NCBI GenBank assembly: GCA_050187175.1
Contig: JBFWXS010000002.1
Coordinates: 7,602 to 71,601, forward strand
Origin: Burkholderiaceae bacterium
GTDB lineage: Bacteria; Pseudomonadota; Gammaproteobacteria; Burkholderiales; Burkholderiaceae_E
DNA: 64,000 nt
Direction: 5' to 3'
The position numbers and the translations under genes were made by a program. Below, piece after piece: positions 7,315-16,775 of the stretch; within the stretch, counting starts at the first letter, position 1; each line of letters opens with the position of its first letter. The notes below the pieces were generated by a model. The model was not told the origin of the DNA. It searched no databases and saw nothing but the letters and a program-made list of their open reading frames with translations.

Positions 7315-8590
7315 TACCTACGTGCTGATAGGAGGAGGCTATGCGTCCTGCCGCGCCGCCGATTGCCTGCGCAAGGAAGGCTTCGAAGGGCGCATCGTCA
7401 TCGTGAGCGAGGAACCGCATCTCCCCTACAGCAGACCGCCGCTGTGCAAGAAGGCGCTGCTGACCGAGACCGGGGTGTCGCGACTGCTACTTCGGCAAGC
7501 GGGCTTCTTCCAGAAGGAACGCATCGAGCTGATGCTGGGCAAGCCCGTCACCGGGATCGACCGCGCCCGTCGATTGGTGAAGTTCGCGGATTCGCCGCCG
7601 CTGGGCTATGACAGGCTGCTGCTGGCAACCGGTGGGCGTCCGCGCCGTCTGCCCGTCAGTGGTGCGGATCTTCCGGGCGTCCATGTGATCCGGACCTTCG
7701 AGGACTCGAACCATCTGCGGGCCGAGCTCAGCCCCGGCACGCGGCTAGTGATAATCGGCGCCGGCTATATCGGGCTCGAGACCGCCGCGGCCGCTCGCAG
7801 CATAGGCGTCGAGGTCACCGTCGTCGAGCTGTCGGCGCGGCTGATGAGCCGGGTGGTCGCGCCGGTGACCTCCGAGTTCTTCGCGCGCTGCCATCTCGAT
7901 CACGGCGTGCGCTTGATGCTGCACCGCTCGGCGACTGCCTTCGAAGGGCGGCAGCGAGTCGAGTCCGTGCTGCTCGACGACGGCCAGCGGCTCGCGGCGG
8001 ATGCTGTTCTCGTAGCAGCGGGGAATGTGCCCGAGTACCGGCTTGCCGCGGAAAGCGGGCTCGAATGCGAAGGCGGAGTCGTCGTCGACGAGCGCTGCCG
8101 CACGTCCGATCCGCTGATCTTCGCGGCCGGCGACTGCACGCGGCATCCCAGCGTCCGATACGGACGGCGGATCCAGCTCGAGTCGGTGGACAACGCGCTC
8201 GAGCAGGCTCGCGTCGCCGCCGCCGGCATGTGCGGGCGCCGGATCCGGCATGCGCATGTCCCGTGGTTCTGGTCGGATCAGTATGGTCTGAAGCTTCAGA
8301 TCACCGGCCTGTCCGATGGCTTCGACAGCGCCGTGGTCAGAGGCGATCCCGACAGAGCCGGATTCTCCGTCTGGTATCTGCGGGACCGCGAGGTTCTCTG
8401 CATGGAGACCGTCGGCAGTCCCGTCGAGTTCGTCCAGGCCGGCCGATGGATAGGCGCGCGGGCCAAGGTGGACGAGCGCCTGCTGCGGGATGCGGCCGTC
8501 CCGCTCGACAAGGTCGCGATCGACGAGCAGCCGCCGTCGACAGCTCACGCGTTCCGCGTTCCTGACAGCCAGGCGCATTTCCCGGCTTGA
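7307..8590 (+). CDS. FAD-dependent NAD(P)H:ferredoxin reductase (putidaredoxin/Rieske reductase type)
   Basis: IGGGYAS, PYSRPPLCK, LLLATGG, IGAGYIGLE, TSDPLIFAAGDC, PWFWSDQY; overlaps dmsB by 8 nt. Confidence 0.92.
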   Translation: MADTYVLIGGGYASCRAADCLRKEGFEGRIVIVSEEPHLPYSRPPLCKKALLTETGVSRLLLRQAGFFQKERIELMLGKPVTGIDRARRLVKFADSPPLGYDRLLLATGGRPRRLPVSGADLPGVHVIRTFEDSNHLRAELSPGTRLVIIGAGYIGLETAAAARSIGVEVTVVELSARLMSRVVAPVTSEFFARCHLDHGVRLMLHRSATAFEGRQRVESVLLDDGQRLAADAVLVAAGNVPEYRLAAESGLECEGGVVVDERCRTSDPLIFAAGDCTRHPSVRYGRRIQLESVDNALEQARVAAAGMCGRRIRHAHVPWFWSDQYGLKLQITGLSDGFDSAVVRGDPDRAGFSVWYLRDREVLCMETVGSPVEFVQAGRWIGARAKVDERLLRDAAVPLDKVAIDEQPPSTAHAFRVPDSQAHFPA

Positions 8591-8658
8591 TGCGAAGCAG
8601 CCGATCCAGCGCCCCTATCCCTCAACCCTCTTGCTATCTATAACGATTGGAGACCAGT

Positions 8659-9657
8659 ATGAAAGTCCGTTCGCGTCGGGAAGCCCTGCTGCAATTGCTT
8701 GCCTGCGCCTCGGTGCCGATCTCGGCCCGCGCGCAAGGAAAGGGTTCGTCCTATCCTGTGCGCCCGATCAAGTTCGTCATCAACGACCGCGCCGGCGGCA
8801 CGGTCGATGCCGTCGCCAGGCAGATAGCCAGGAAGCTCGAAACGGCACTAGGCCAACCCGTCGTCCCGGACAACCGCCCGGGGGGATCCGGCATCCTCTC
8901 TACCGATCTGGTCGCCAAGGCCAGCCCCGATGGCTATACGCTTCTCTATTCGCTCAGCGACCCGGTCGTCCTGCATCCGCTGACGATGAAGAAGCTGCCG
9001 TACGACCCGCAGAAGGATCTCGCGGTGGTCTCGCACATCCAGAAGCGCATCACGACGTTCATCTCCAGCGCGACGCTTCCATGCGCCTCGCTCAAGGAGT
9101 TCGTCAGCTACGCCAAGGAGCGCCCTCAGGCGCTGTCGTTTGCCTCGTGGGGGGTGGGTTCGCAGGGCCATCTGGCCGGTGAATATCTGAACAGGGAAGC
9201 CGGATTGAAGCTGGTCCATGTTCCCTATCCGGCCATGGGATACGCCATTGTCGACCTGACGAACGGCCTGGTGTCCTCGGGGTTCGGGCCGCCTGCCATT
9301 GCGAGACAGTTCCTCGAGAACAAGAAGGCGAGAGCGCTGGCGGTAACCGGCAGAACACGTTCCCCCGTCCTGCCCGAGGTGCCGACGTTCGGAGAAGTCG
9401 GACTGCCGGCCCTCGACCACCTCGTGTCCTGGCATTCGATCTACGCCCCCGGTGGGACCCCTGAGCCCATCCTCGCGCAGCTCAATGCGGAAATCGTCAA
9501 GCTGATGATGGACGCCGAGCTGCGAGAGAACATCATCAATATTCACGGCGGTGAACCGGCCGCCACGGGCCTTGCCGAAGCGCGCAGCATCCTCGAGGAG
9601 GATCGCAAGCGGTGGCAGATCATCGTCCGCAGCCTGGGCGATATCCCCCTCAGCTGA
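8659..9657 (+). CDS. Bug/TctC tripartite tricarboxylate transporter substrate-binding protein
   Basis: SRREALL Tat-like leader, YPVRPIKFV, AGGTVD..AR, DNRPGGSG, PDGYTLL, HVPY. Confidence 0.9.
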   Translation: MKVRSRREALLQLLACASVPISARAQGKGSSYPVRPIKFVINDRAGGTVDAVARQIARKLETALGQPVVPDNRPGGSGILSTDLVAKASPDGYTLLYSLSDPVVLHPLTMKKLPYDPQKDLAVVSHIQKRITTFISSATLPCASLKEFVSYAKERPQALSFASWGVGSQGHLAGEYLNREAGLKLVHVPYPAMGYAIVDLTNGLVSSGFGPPAIARQFLENKKARALAVTGRTRSPVLPEVPTFGEVGLPALDHLVSWHSIYAPGGTPEPILAQLNAEIVKLMMDAELRENIINIHGGEPAATGLAEARSILEEDRKRWQIIVRSLGDIPLS

Positions 9658-10911
9658 TCAGTGGACCTGGCGGATCAGCGCCTCGCGATGCTCGGGCGCG
9701 GCGATCGATGCCAGCGCCCGCGCCCGCTCGCGCAGCGACAGGCCGCGCAGCCGCGCGACGCCGAACTCGGTCGCGACCAGGTCGACGTCGCTGCGCGCCG
9801 TGGTCACCGGCCCGGAGAGTCTGGCCACGATCTTGGATTCGCCCCGCTTGCCGACAGCAGACAGCGCGATCACCGACACGCCGCCGTCGGACCGTGCAGC
9901 CGCGCGCACGAAATCCACCTGGCCGCCGATCGCGCCGAAAGTTTCGTGCCCGATGGCCTCCGCATTCACCTGACCGCTGAGATCGACCTCCAGTGCCGAA
10001 TTGATCGAGATCAGGCGCTTCAGCGCTGCGCCATGCGCAATGGAGTGGGTATAGCTGCTCGGCCGCAGTTGCAGCGCGGGGTTCCGATCGGCGAACCTGT
10101 ACAGCCGAGAGGTGCCGACCAAGCTGCCCGTGATGGTGATGCCCGGATCCATGCCCTTGTACGCATTGGTCACGATGCCGCGCTCCATCAGCATGGCGAC
10201 CGAGTCGCCGATCATGCCGGAGTGCACGCCGAGGTCGCGGTGGTCGACGAGGCTTGCCACAATGGCTTCGGGAATGGCTCCGACGCCGAGTTGCAGGGTG
10301 GCTCGCTCCGGGATGCTGTCGACCAGCGCCGCAGCGATTCGACGCTCCCTTTCGCCGAAGGTGCTTGCGGGCACATCGATCAACGGTCGGTCGGTGTGCA
10401 CGCAAACATCGATTTCCTCGGCTCGAAGTGGCTCGCTGCAGCATGTCCAGGGAACTTGCGAGTTGACTTCCGCAATCACGACGGAGGCTCGCGAGATTGC
10501 GGCGCGAACGTAGTCGGAGATGAGCCCGAAGCTGTGCTCGCCCCGCTCGTTTGCCGCGCTCACCTGCAGTAGCACTACGTCGCACGCGATGCCTCCGCTC
10601 TCGATCAGCGGTGCGATCGAAGAAATATGGCAGGGCAGTACGTCAAGAACCCCCGCGCCGGCCAGCCTGCGCATCGTGCCGATACCACCGAAACTGCGGA
10701 AGCGCAAATGATCCGCGTATGCAGGCTGCAGCGTGTTCGAGAACGCAGAACCCAGGAAAAGGGTGCTGCCGCTGAGCGCGTCGCGCTGGCTTACCAATAT
10801 CTCGAGCAGCGTAGTCGGTTCACCGCAGGCTTGGCCCACTACAAAGGAACTGCCCGGTTGAATGTGTCGAGCCAGGTCGATTGAATCCCCCGCGCTGTAG
10901 TGAACCGTCAT
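9658..10911 (-). CDS. Acetyl-CoA hydrolase/transferase family CoA-transferase (4-hydroxybutyrate CoA-transferase-like)
   Basis: TLQLGVGAIPEA, INSALEVDLSGQVNAE, GGQVDFVRAA, VTTARSDVDLVATEFG, IAAPEHRE. Confidence 0.9.
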   Translation of the reverse strand: MTVHYSAGDSIDLARHIQPGSSFVVGQACGEPTTLLEILVSQRDALSGSTLFLGSAFSNTLQPAYADHLRFRSFGGIGTMRRLAGAGVLDVLPCHISSIAPLIESGGIACDVVLLQVSAANERGEHSFGLISDYVRAAISRASVVIAEVNSQVPWTCCSEPLRAEEIDVCVHTDRPLIDVPASTFGERERRIAAALVDSIPERATLQLGVGAIPEAIVASLVDHRDLGVHSGMIGDSVAMLMERGIVTNAYKGMDPGITITGSLVGTSRLYRFADRNPALQLRPSSYTHSIAHGAALKRLISINSALEVDLSGQVNAEAIGHETFGAIGGQVDFVRAAARSDGGVSVIALSAVGKRGESKIVARLSGPVTTARSDVDLVATEFGVARLRGLSLRERARALASIAAPEHREALIRQVH

Positions 10912-10917
10912 GTCGGA

Positions 10918-12084
10918 TCAATAGGACTTGGGAAGGCCAAGGACACGCTCTGCGATGTGCGACATGATCAGTTCGCGGCTGATCGGGGCGATACGCGGGA
11001 TGAGGGATTCGCGCAAGTAGCGCTCGACGTGGTATTCCTTCGCATAGCCGAAGCCTCCATGCGTGAGAACGGCCCGTTCGCAAGCACGATAGCCGGCTTC
11101 GGCTGCCAGGTACTTTGCGGCATTTGCTTCAGCGGCGCACTCCATGTGCTGGTCGTAAAGCCATGCCGCCTTCCAAGTCATGAGATTCGCGGCCTCCAGC
11201 TCCATCCAGTTGACCGCCAACGGGTGCTGAATGCTCTGGTTCTTGCCGATCGGCCGATCGAAAACGTTCCGTTCGCCGGCATAGTGGGCTGCCCTTCTCA
11301 GCGCGGCCTTGCCGATGCCGATCGCTTCCGCTGCGATGAGTATGCGCTCGGGATTCATGCCATGAAGGATGTACTTGAAGCCCTCACCTTCAGCGCCGAT
11401 CCGATCCTCGACGGGAATCTCGAGCCGATCGATGAACAGTTCGTTCGAGTCCACCGCCTTGCGTCCCATTTTCGGGATTCGCCGGATGCTGACCTTGCTT
11501 CGATCCAGGTCGGTGTAGAACAGGCTCAGGCCGCCAGAGCGGGTCTTGCAATCCTGCAGTGGCGTTGTGCGGGCCAGAAGGAGGATCTTCTGCGCGACTT
11601 GGGCAGTGGAGATCCATACTTTCTGGCCACTCACGATGTACCGATCACCGCGCAGTTCGGCGCGCGTGTTCAGCTTCAGAGTGTTGAGCCCGGTGTTAGG
11701 CTCGGTCACACCGAAGCAGGACTTGAGCTGCCCAGATACCGAACCGGGCAGCCACCGCTGTTTTTGTGCTTCTGTCCCATACACAACGATGGGCATGAGG
11801 CCGAATATGTTGATATGGATGGATGAGCATCCAGTCATGCAGGCGCCGGTCGCCGCGATGGTCTGCATCAGCAAGGCTGCTTCTGCAACGCCGAGGCCTG
11901 AGCCGCCATATGCTTCTGGAATGGCGATACCCAGCCAGCCATCGCGAGCCATGGCCGCATAGAATTCATCTGGAAACTCGCCGTCATCATCGCGGCGAAG
12001 CCAGTAGTCTTCGGGGAAGCTGGAGCAGCTCTTTTCCACTGCCTCGCGAATCGTGAGTTGATGCTCAGTCAAACCGAAGTCCAC
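10918..12084 (-). CDS. Acyl-CoA dehydrogenase
   Basis: IPEAYGGSGLG, FGVTEPNTG, GQKVWIS, MNPERIL, THGGFGYAKEYHVERYLRE. Confidence 0.93.
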   Translation of the reverse strand: MDFGLTEHQLTIREAVEKSCSSFPEDYWLRRDDDGEFPDEFYAAMARDGWLGIAIPEAYGGSGLGVAEAALLMQTIAATGACMTGCSSIHINIFGLMPIVVYGTEAQKQRWLPGSVSGQLKSCFGVTEPNTGLNTLKLNTRAELRGDRYIVSGQKVWISTAQVAQKILLLARTTPLQDCKTRSGGLSLFYTDLDRSKVSIRRIPKMGRKAVDSNELFIDRLEIPVEDRIGAEGEGFKYILHGMNPERILIAAEAIGIGKAALRRAAHYAGERNVFDRPIGKNQSIQHPLAVNWMELEAANLMTWKAAWLYDQHMECAAEANAAKYLAAEAGYRACERAVLTHGGFGYAKEYHVERYLRESLIPRIAPISRELIMSHIAERVLGLPKSY

Positions 12085-12143
12085 GGCCTTCTCTTTTGAA
12101 GTACATGAAGGTGTTCTCCTATCGCGACACCGTGCGTCAGACG

Positions 12144-13337
12144 CTAGATGACGCCCTGGTCGTGCAATCGTTCGAGTTCGGCATCCGAGTAGCCGAGTTC
12201 GCGATAGACGCGCGCGTTTGATTGGCCGACCGACCCGGCGCTATGCCGCACTTCCGTGGGGGTCTGGGTGAAGCGGGGTACGACGCAAGGCATGCCGATC
12301 GCTCCGAAATCTTCATCCGGTACCTGCACGATTGCCTTGCGCGCACGGAACTGGGGATCGGTCGCGATGTCGGCCGACGAATACACCGGAGCGATGGCAC
12401 CCCCGGCATCGCTGAAGGCCTTCAGTACCTGGTCGGAGGTGTGACGGCCGACCCAGTCCTTGAACACTGCATCGATGGCGTCGGCATTGCGCACACGCAC
12501 TGAGTTCGACGAGAAGCGGGGGTCCTCCGCAAGATCTTCCCGCCCGATCGCTCGCAGATTGGCTCTGAAGATGCCCTGGGTGCTCCCGGAGAGAGAGACA
12601 TACTTGTCGTCCGCGGTGCGGTAGACATTGGCCGGCGCAGAGTACAGGTTGCCGTTGCCGCAGCGCTCCCGAACGATGCCGAGCTGGTCGAACTCGACCG
12701 GCAGCACGTCCATGAGCCGGAAGGTGGCCTCCGTCATCGACAGGTCGATCTCCTCGCCTTTGGCGTCCGGGTCGCGGGCAATGCGCCAGAGCGCCGCCAG
12801 TACGCCGGCCGCACCGAACACGCCTCCTATGGGGTCCGCCAGGGGGTAGGCCATATGCAGGGGCTCGCGGTCGGAATGGCCGGTGATGTAGGTGAGGCCG
12901 CTCATTGCCTCGAACACGCGCGCGAAGCCCGGTCGGTCAGCATACGGGCCGTCCTGCCCGAAGCCCGTGACACGTAGAATCACGAGTCGCGGTTGTATCT
13001 CCCAGAGGATCTCGTTCGAGAGGCCCCACGAATCCAGCGTGCCGGGCCGGAAGTTCTCGATCAGGACGTCGTATCCGCTGAGCATCTTCTTGAAGATGCC
13101 CCGGCCTTCTTCCTTCCGTAGATCCAACGAGACGAGCTCTTTGCTGCGGTTGGAGACTTTCCACCACAGCGACTTCCCGTCCTTGAACGGCGGGAAGTCG
13201 CGAATGGGATCGCCTTTGCCCGGCAGTTCGATCTTGGTGACCTCGGCACCGTAGTCTGCGAAAAGCCCTGCAGCGAACGGTCCCGCGATCACCGTGGCGA
13301 TATCGAGCACCCTGAGTCCGGTCAGTGGTCCTGCCAT
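12144..13337 (-). CDS. CaiB/BaiF class III CoA-transferase
   Basis: PLTGLRVLD, AGPFA, DYGAEVTKIE, DVLIENFRPG, GFGQDGPYADRPGF. Confidence 0.93.
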   Translation of the reverse strand: MAGPLTGLRVLDIATVIAGPFAAGLFADYGAEVTKIELPGKGDPIRDFPPFKDGKSLWWKVSNRSKELVSLDLRKEEGRGIFKKMLSGYDVLIENFRPGTLDSWGLSNEILWEIQPRLVILRVTGFGQDGPYADRPGFARVFEAMSGLTYITGHSDREPLHMAYPLADPIGGVFGAAGVLAALWRIARDPDAKGEEIDLSMTEATFRLMDVLPVEFDQLGIVRERCGNGNLYSAPANVYRTADDKYVSLSGSTQGIFRANLRAIGREDLAEDPRFSSNSVRVRNADAIDAVFKDWVGRHTSDQVLKAFSDAGGAIAPVYSSADIATDPQFRARKAIVQVPDEDFGAIGMPCVVPRFTQTPTEVRHSAGSVGQSNARVYRELGYSDAELERLHDQGVI

Positions 13338-13349
13338 AAGATCCTCGGC

Positions 13350-14315
13350 TCAGGTCAGCGAGATGCCCAGGGAGCTGATGATCTCGCTGTAGCGCGCATT
13401 CTGGCTCTTCAGGATGTCCGAGAAACCCTGGACGGAAGTATCGAAGGGCGATACGCCCAGGTTCTTCAACTGCGCCAGGTACTCAGGATCGCGGATCACT
13501 TTCTCGCCCGCGGACTGGAGCATCTGCAGATGGTCTGCTCCGGCGTTTGCGGGGGCGAGCAGCCCGGCGAAGACCAGCAGCGGATTCGGCTCGCCGAAGC
13601 CTTCCTCCTGCGCGGTGGGCGTGTGGGGCAGCGCCTCCTCGCGGCGCTCTCCGAACACTGCGATCGCATGCAGGTGCCCGGACTTCACGCGAGGGGCGAT
13701 GGCGAACGGCGTATCGACGGCGATATCCACCACCCCCCCGATTACCGCCGTGCTGCCTTCAGGCAGACTGCGGAAGGGGACGTGCGTCATCGAGATTCCG
13801 TTGCGCTTGCCGAACATTTCCACCTGCAAGTGGCTGTACGTGCCGATGCCGTTCGTCGCGTACGAGAGCTTGCCGGGATTGGCCTTGGCGAATCGCACTA
13901 CGTCATTGAGACTCTTCAGCGGATGATCGGGCCGCGCCACCCAGGCGGCCGATGTCGTGTACATCGGCGTGACGGGCGTGAAATCCCGCAATGGGTCATA
14001 GCCCGGTTTGGCATAGGCGTGTGCGGCGATCAAGAAGGTATTGCTGGCAACGAGCAGGGACGATTGCGGATTGGCCCGCAGAACCGTCCGTGCTGCAACC
14101 AGCCCGCCGGCTCCGGGTCGATTGTCGGCGATCACTGTCCGCTTGATGAGCGGAGCGATCTTCCTGCCGAACAGCCGAGCGACGATGTCGTTCGATCCGC
14201 CCGGCCCGAAGGGGCCGATGATGGTCAGCAGTTCTTCGGACTGGGCAAGCAGTCGGGAAGACGCGACGGCGCCGAGTCCGGCCGCTGCCCCTTTCAGGAT
14301 TCCTCTTCTGTTCAT
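13350..14315 (-). CDS. Bug/TctC substrate-binding protein
   Basis: MNRRGILK Tat-like leader, PGGSNDIVAR, DNRPGAGG, HVPF. Confidence 0.9.
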   Translation of the reverse strand: MNRRGILKGAAAGLGAVASSRLLAQSEELLTIIGPFGPGGSNDIVARLFGRKIAPLIKRTVIADNRPGAGGLVAARTVLRANPQSSLLVASNTFLIAAHAYAKPGYDPLRDFTPVTPMYTTSAAWVARPDHPLKSLNDVVRFAKANPGKLSYATNGIGTYSHLQVEMFGKRNGISMTHVPFRSLPEGSTAVIGGVVDIAVDTPFAIAPRVKSGHLHAIAVFGERREEALPHTPTAQEEGFGEPNPLLVFAGLLAPANAGADHLQMLQSAGEKVIRDPEYLAQLKNLGVSPFDTSVQGFSDILKSQNARYSEIISSLGISLT

Positions 14316-15772
14316 ACGACAGCTCCTTCGGTGTTTGATGCTCGGGATGGCTCCGGCTTCTGGCTGGCAGGCGCCATATTCAGCACTTGTGTCTGGGTGA
14401 ACTCGAGCACGCCCGGCAGGCCGAACTCGACGCCGATGCCGGAGTCCTTTGCGCCGGAGAAAGGAATGTGGGGTGCGATGTCCTGGTGCTTGTTCACCCA
14501 GACGGTGCCTGCCTCCAGCCGTGATGCGATTTCCCGTCCCTGCGCTTCATCGCGCGTCCAGACGGAGCCGCCGAGGCCGTAGGGAGAATCGTTGGCGAGC
14601 GCCAGCGCCTCTTCGGCGTTGGCTACCCTGATCACCGGCAGCACCGGTCCGAACTGCTCTTCATCCACCAGGCGCACGCCGTGCCTCATGCCGCGCACGA
14701 TGGTGGGCCGGATGAAATAGCCTTCGTCCGGCACCGCCGCCGAGCCGCTCAGGACTTTGCCATGTGCACGAGCATCTGCAATCAGCTCCTGAACGCGTTC
14801 ATACTGGGCCTTGTTCTGCAGCGGTCCGAATTGCACGCCGTCGACCATGCCGTTGCCGACGACCGCTCGTTCGGCAAGCGACTCGAGCGCATCGCACAGC
14901 GCGTCGTGCACTCTCTCATGGACATACAGACGCTTGATCGCGAGGCAGACCTGACCGCTGTTCTCGAAAGCGCTGTCGAAGACCGCTTTGGCGACTGCGG
15001 GTACGTCCACGTCGTCGAGGACGATGGCCGCGTCATTGCCTCCGAGTTCCAGAGTCAGCCGCTTCAGGCCGTCGGCGGCGGCGGCCATGACCTTGCGGCC
15101 GGTCGCCGTCGAGCCGGTGAAGGTGACCTTGCGCACCTTGGGATGGCTTGCCAGGACGGCGCCGAGCTCGCCGCGATCCGCGATCGCGTTCAGGACGCCG
15201 GGAGGCAGTTCCTTAGCGATCCATTCGCACAGTTTCAAGGTGGCGAGCGGAGTGGTCGGCGCGGGCTTCAAGACGATGGTGTTACCGGCGAGAAGGCATG
15301 CCGGTATCTTGTTCGCGAGGGTAAGCAGCGGATAGTTCCAGGTAAGGATCGCACCGACGACGCCCAGAGGTTTGTGGCGCAACAGGACGGTGCGCACGGC
15401 CGAAGCCTCCACGGCTTCTTCGGGAATGTCGATGGAGGCGAAGTGGCGGAAAAAAAGCGCAGCCGCTTTCACCTCGCCGTGCGCGCGACGTAGCGGCTTG
15501 CCCTGTTCCTCGGTCAGAAGACTTGCAAGTTCGGCACGATGCATGTCGATCACGTCGGCGATCCGGCGAAGTGTCCCTTGCCGTTCCGAGAGCGGAGTCG
15601 TCGACCACGACGGGAAGGCCTTCTCCGCGGCATCGACGGCCTGGTCGAGCTGGGCCGCCGAAGCGCGAGGTGCATCTGCCACGGGCTTCTCGGTCGCGGG
15701 ATTGATTACCGGCTGGCTGAAATCGCCTCGCACGGATCTGCCGTCTATCGTCAACGAGTACGAAATGCTCAT
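14312..15772 (-). CDS. NAD(P)-dependent aldehyde dehydrogenase
   Basis: FTGSTATG, TLELGGND, NSGQVC, EQFGPVLP, PYGLGGSV. Confidence 0.95.
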   Translation of the reverse strand: MSISYSLTIDGRSVRGDFSQPVINPATEKPVADAPRASAAQLDQAVDAAEKAFPSWSTTPLSERQGTLRRIADVIDMHRAELASLLTEEQGKPLRRAHGEVKAAALFFRHFASIDIPEEAVEASAVRTVLLRHKPLGVVGAILTWNYPLLTLANKIPACLLAGNTIVLKPAPTTPLATLKLCEWIAKELPPGVLNAIADRGELGAVLASHPKVRKVTFTGSTATGRKVMAAAADGLKRLTLELGGNDAAIVLDDVDVPAVAKAVFDSAFENSGQVCLAIKRLYVHERVHDALCDALESLAERAVVGNGMVDGVQFGPLQNKAQYERVQELIADARAHGKVLSGSAAVPDEGYFIRPTIVRGMRHGVRLVDEEQFGPVLPVIRVANAEEALALANDSPYGLGGSVWTRDEAQGREIASRLEAGTVWVNKHQDIAPHIPFSGAKDSGIGVEFGLPGVLEFTQTQVLNMAPASQKPEPSRASNTEGAVV

Positions 15773-16659
15773 TGCGCCTCCCTTGTATCGCTGCGCACCT
15801 TCTCGCCGATGATGGTTGCCCGGGCCATTCGACGCACCGCCGGGAAGTAGTCCTGCACCGCGTAGTGCTGCGTGGAGCGGTTGTCCCAGAAGGCCACGGT
15901 GTGAGGTTTCCAGCGCAGCCGGACCTGGTACTCGGGATGCGCGGCCTGGCTCATGAGATAGCTCATGAACGTATTGGCCTCGAGTGCGAAATCCGCGCCC
16001 ATGCCGCGCTCGCGTTTCATCAGCCAGTTGCTGAAATGGGTGGTGAAGCCTTGATTGACGTTCAGGATCCTCTCGCCGGTCTCGGGGTGTATGGCAACCA
16101 CCGGCTGCTCCTGCGGCGGAAATTCGCGGCTCAAGGCGCGGCGCTTCTCCGCAGGGTAATCGCCGCCGAAGGAGTGGGCGATATCATGCATCGCGTTCAG
16201 TCCCTCGCAGATCGCCTTCGCCCGGTCGGGTAGACGTTCATAGGCCAGCGCCATATTCGACCAGATCGTGTCGCCGCCCACAGGCGGGCACTCGATGCAA
16301 CGCAGGATAGAACCCATCGAAGGGCTCTCTCGCCACGTCGTGTCGGCATGGTAGATATTTTCGTTCGCCGCACGCCGGTTGCCCCGCTCCAGCAGAACCA
16401 GCTCTTCGTAGTCGGGGTGATGGCGCAGCACAGGATGCACCTCGAGTCGACCGAACGATCGCGCGAAGGCCACGTGAGCGCGTGCGGAGATGTCCTGGTC
16501 GCGGAAGAAGAGAACTTTGTGCTTGAGAAGGGCTTGGCGGATCTGCGCGATCAGGTTTGCGTCCTCGGATGCCGTCTCGAGGTCGACACCATGGACCTCG
16601 GCGCCGAGTGCCGCGGATACGGGCTCAAGCTCGAGCGCCGATTGAATTGCTACGCCCAT
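15769..16659 (-). CDS. TauD/TfdA family Fe(II)/alpha-ketoglutarate dioxygenase
   Basis: KHKVLFFRDQ, YHADTT (HxD), GGDTIW, HPETGE, WDNRSTQHYA; ATG 16659 after GGAGA. Confidence 0.93.
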   Translation of the reverse strand: MGVAIQSALELEPVSAALGAEVHGVDLETASEDANLIAQIRQALLKHKVLFFRDQDISARAHVAFARSFGRLEVHPVLRHHPDYEELVLLERGNRRAANENIYHADTTWRESPSMGSILRCIECPPVGGDTIWSNMALAYERLPDRAKAICEGLNAMHDIAHSFGGDYPAEKRRALSREFPPQEQPVVAIHPETGERILNVNQGFTTHFSNWLMKRERGMGADFALEANTFMSYLMSQAAHPEYQVRLRWKPHTVAFWDNRSTQHYAVQDYFPAVRRMARATIIGEKVRSDTREAQ

Positions 16660-16696
16660 GTCGTCTCCATTCGATGTAGTGCCGAAGTAAAGCACG

Positions 16697-16758
16697 TGAC
16701 TCAAACCGGGTCAAGCAATTGACTTAAATTTTTATGTCGATTGACTTAATTCTGGGTG
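16697..16758. promoter_or_regulatory. Putative TetR operator region in the divergent tauD/tetR promoter
   Basis: AT-rich; ATTGACTTAA repeated at 16718 and 16740 (22-bp period) plus pseudo-palindrome TGACTCAAACCGGGTCA at 16697. Confidence 0.5.
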
Positions 16759-16775
16759 AGTGCTAGCTTCGTCCT

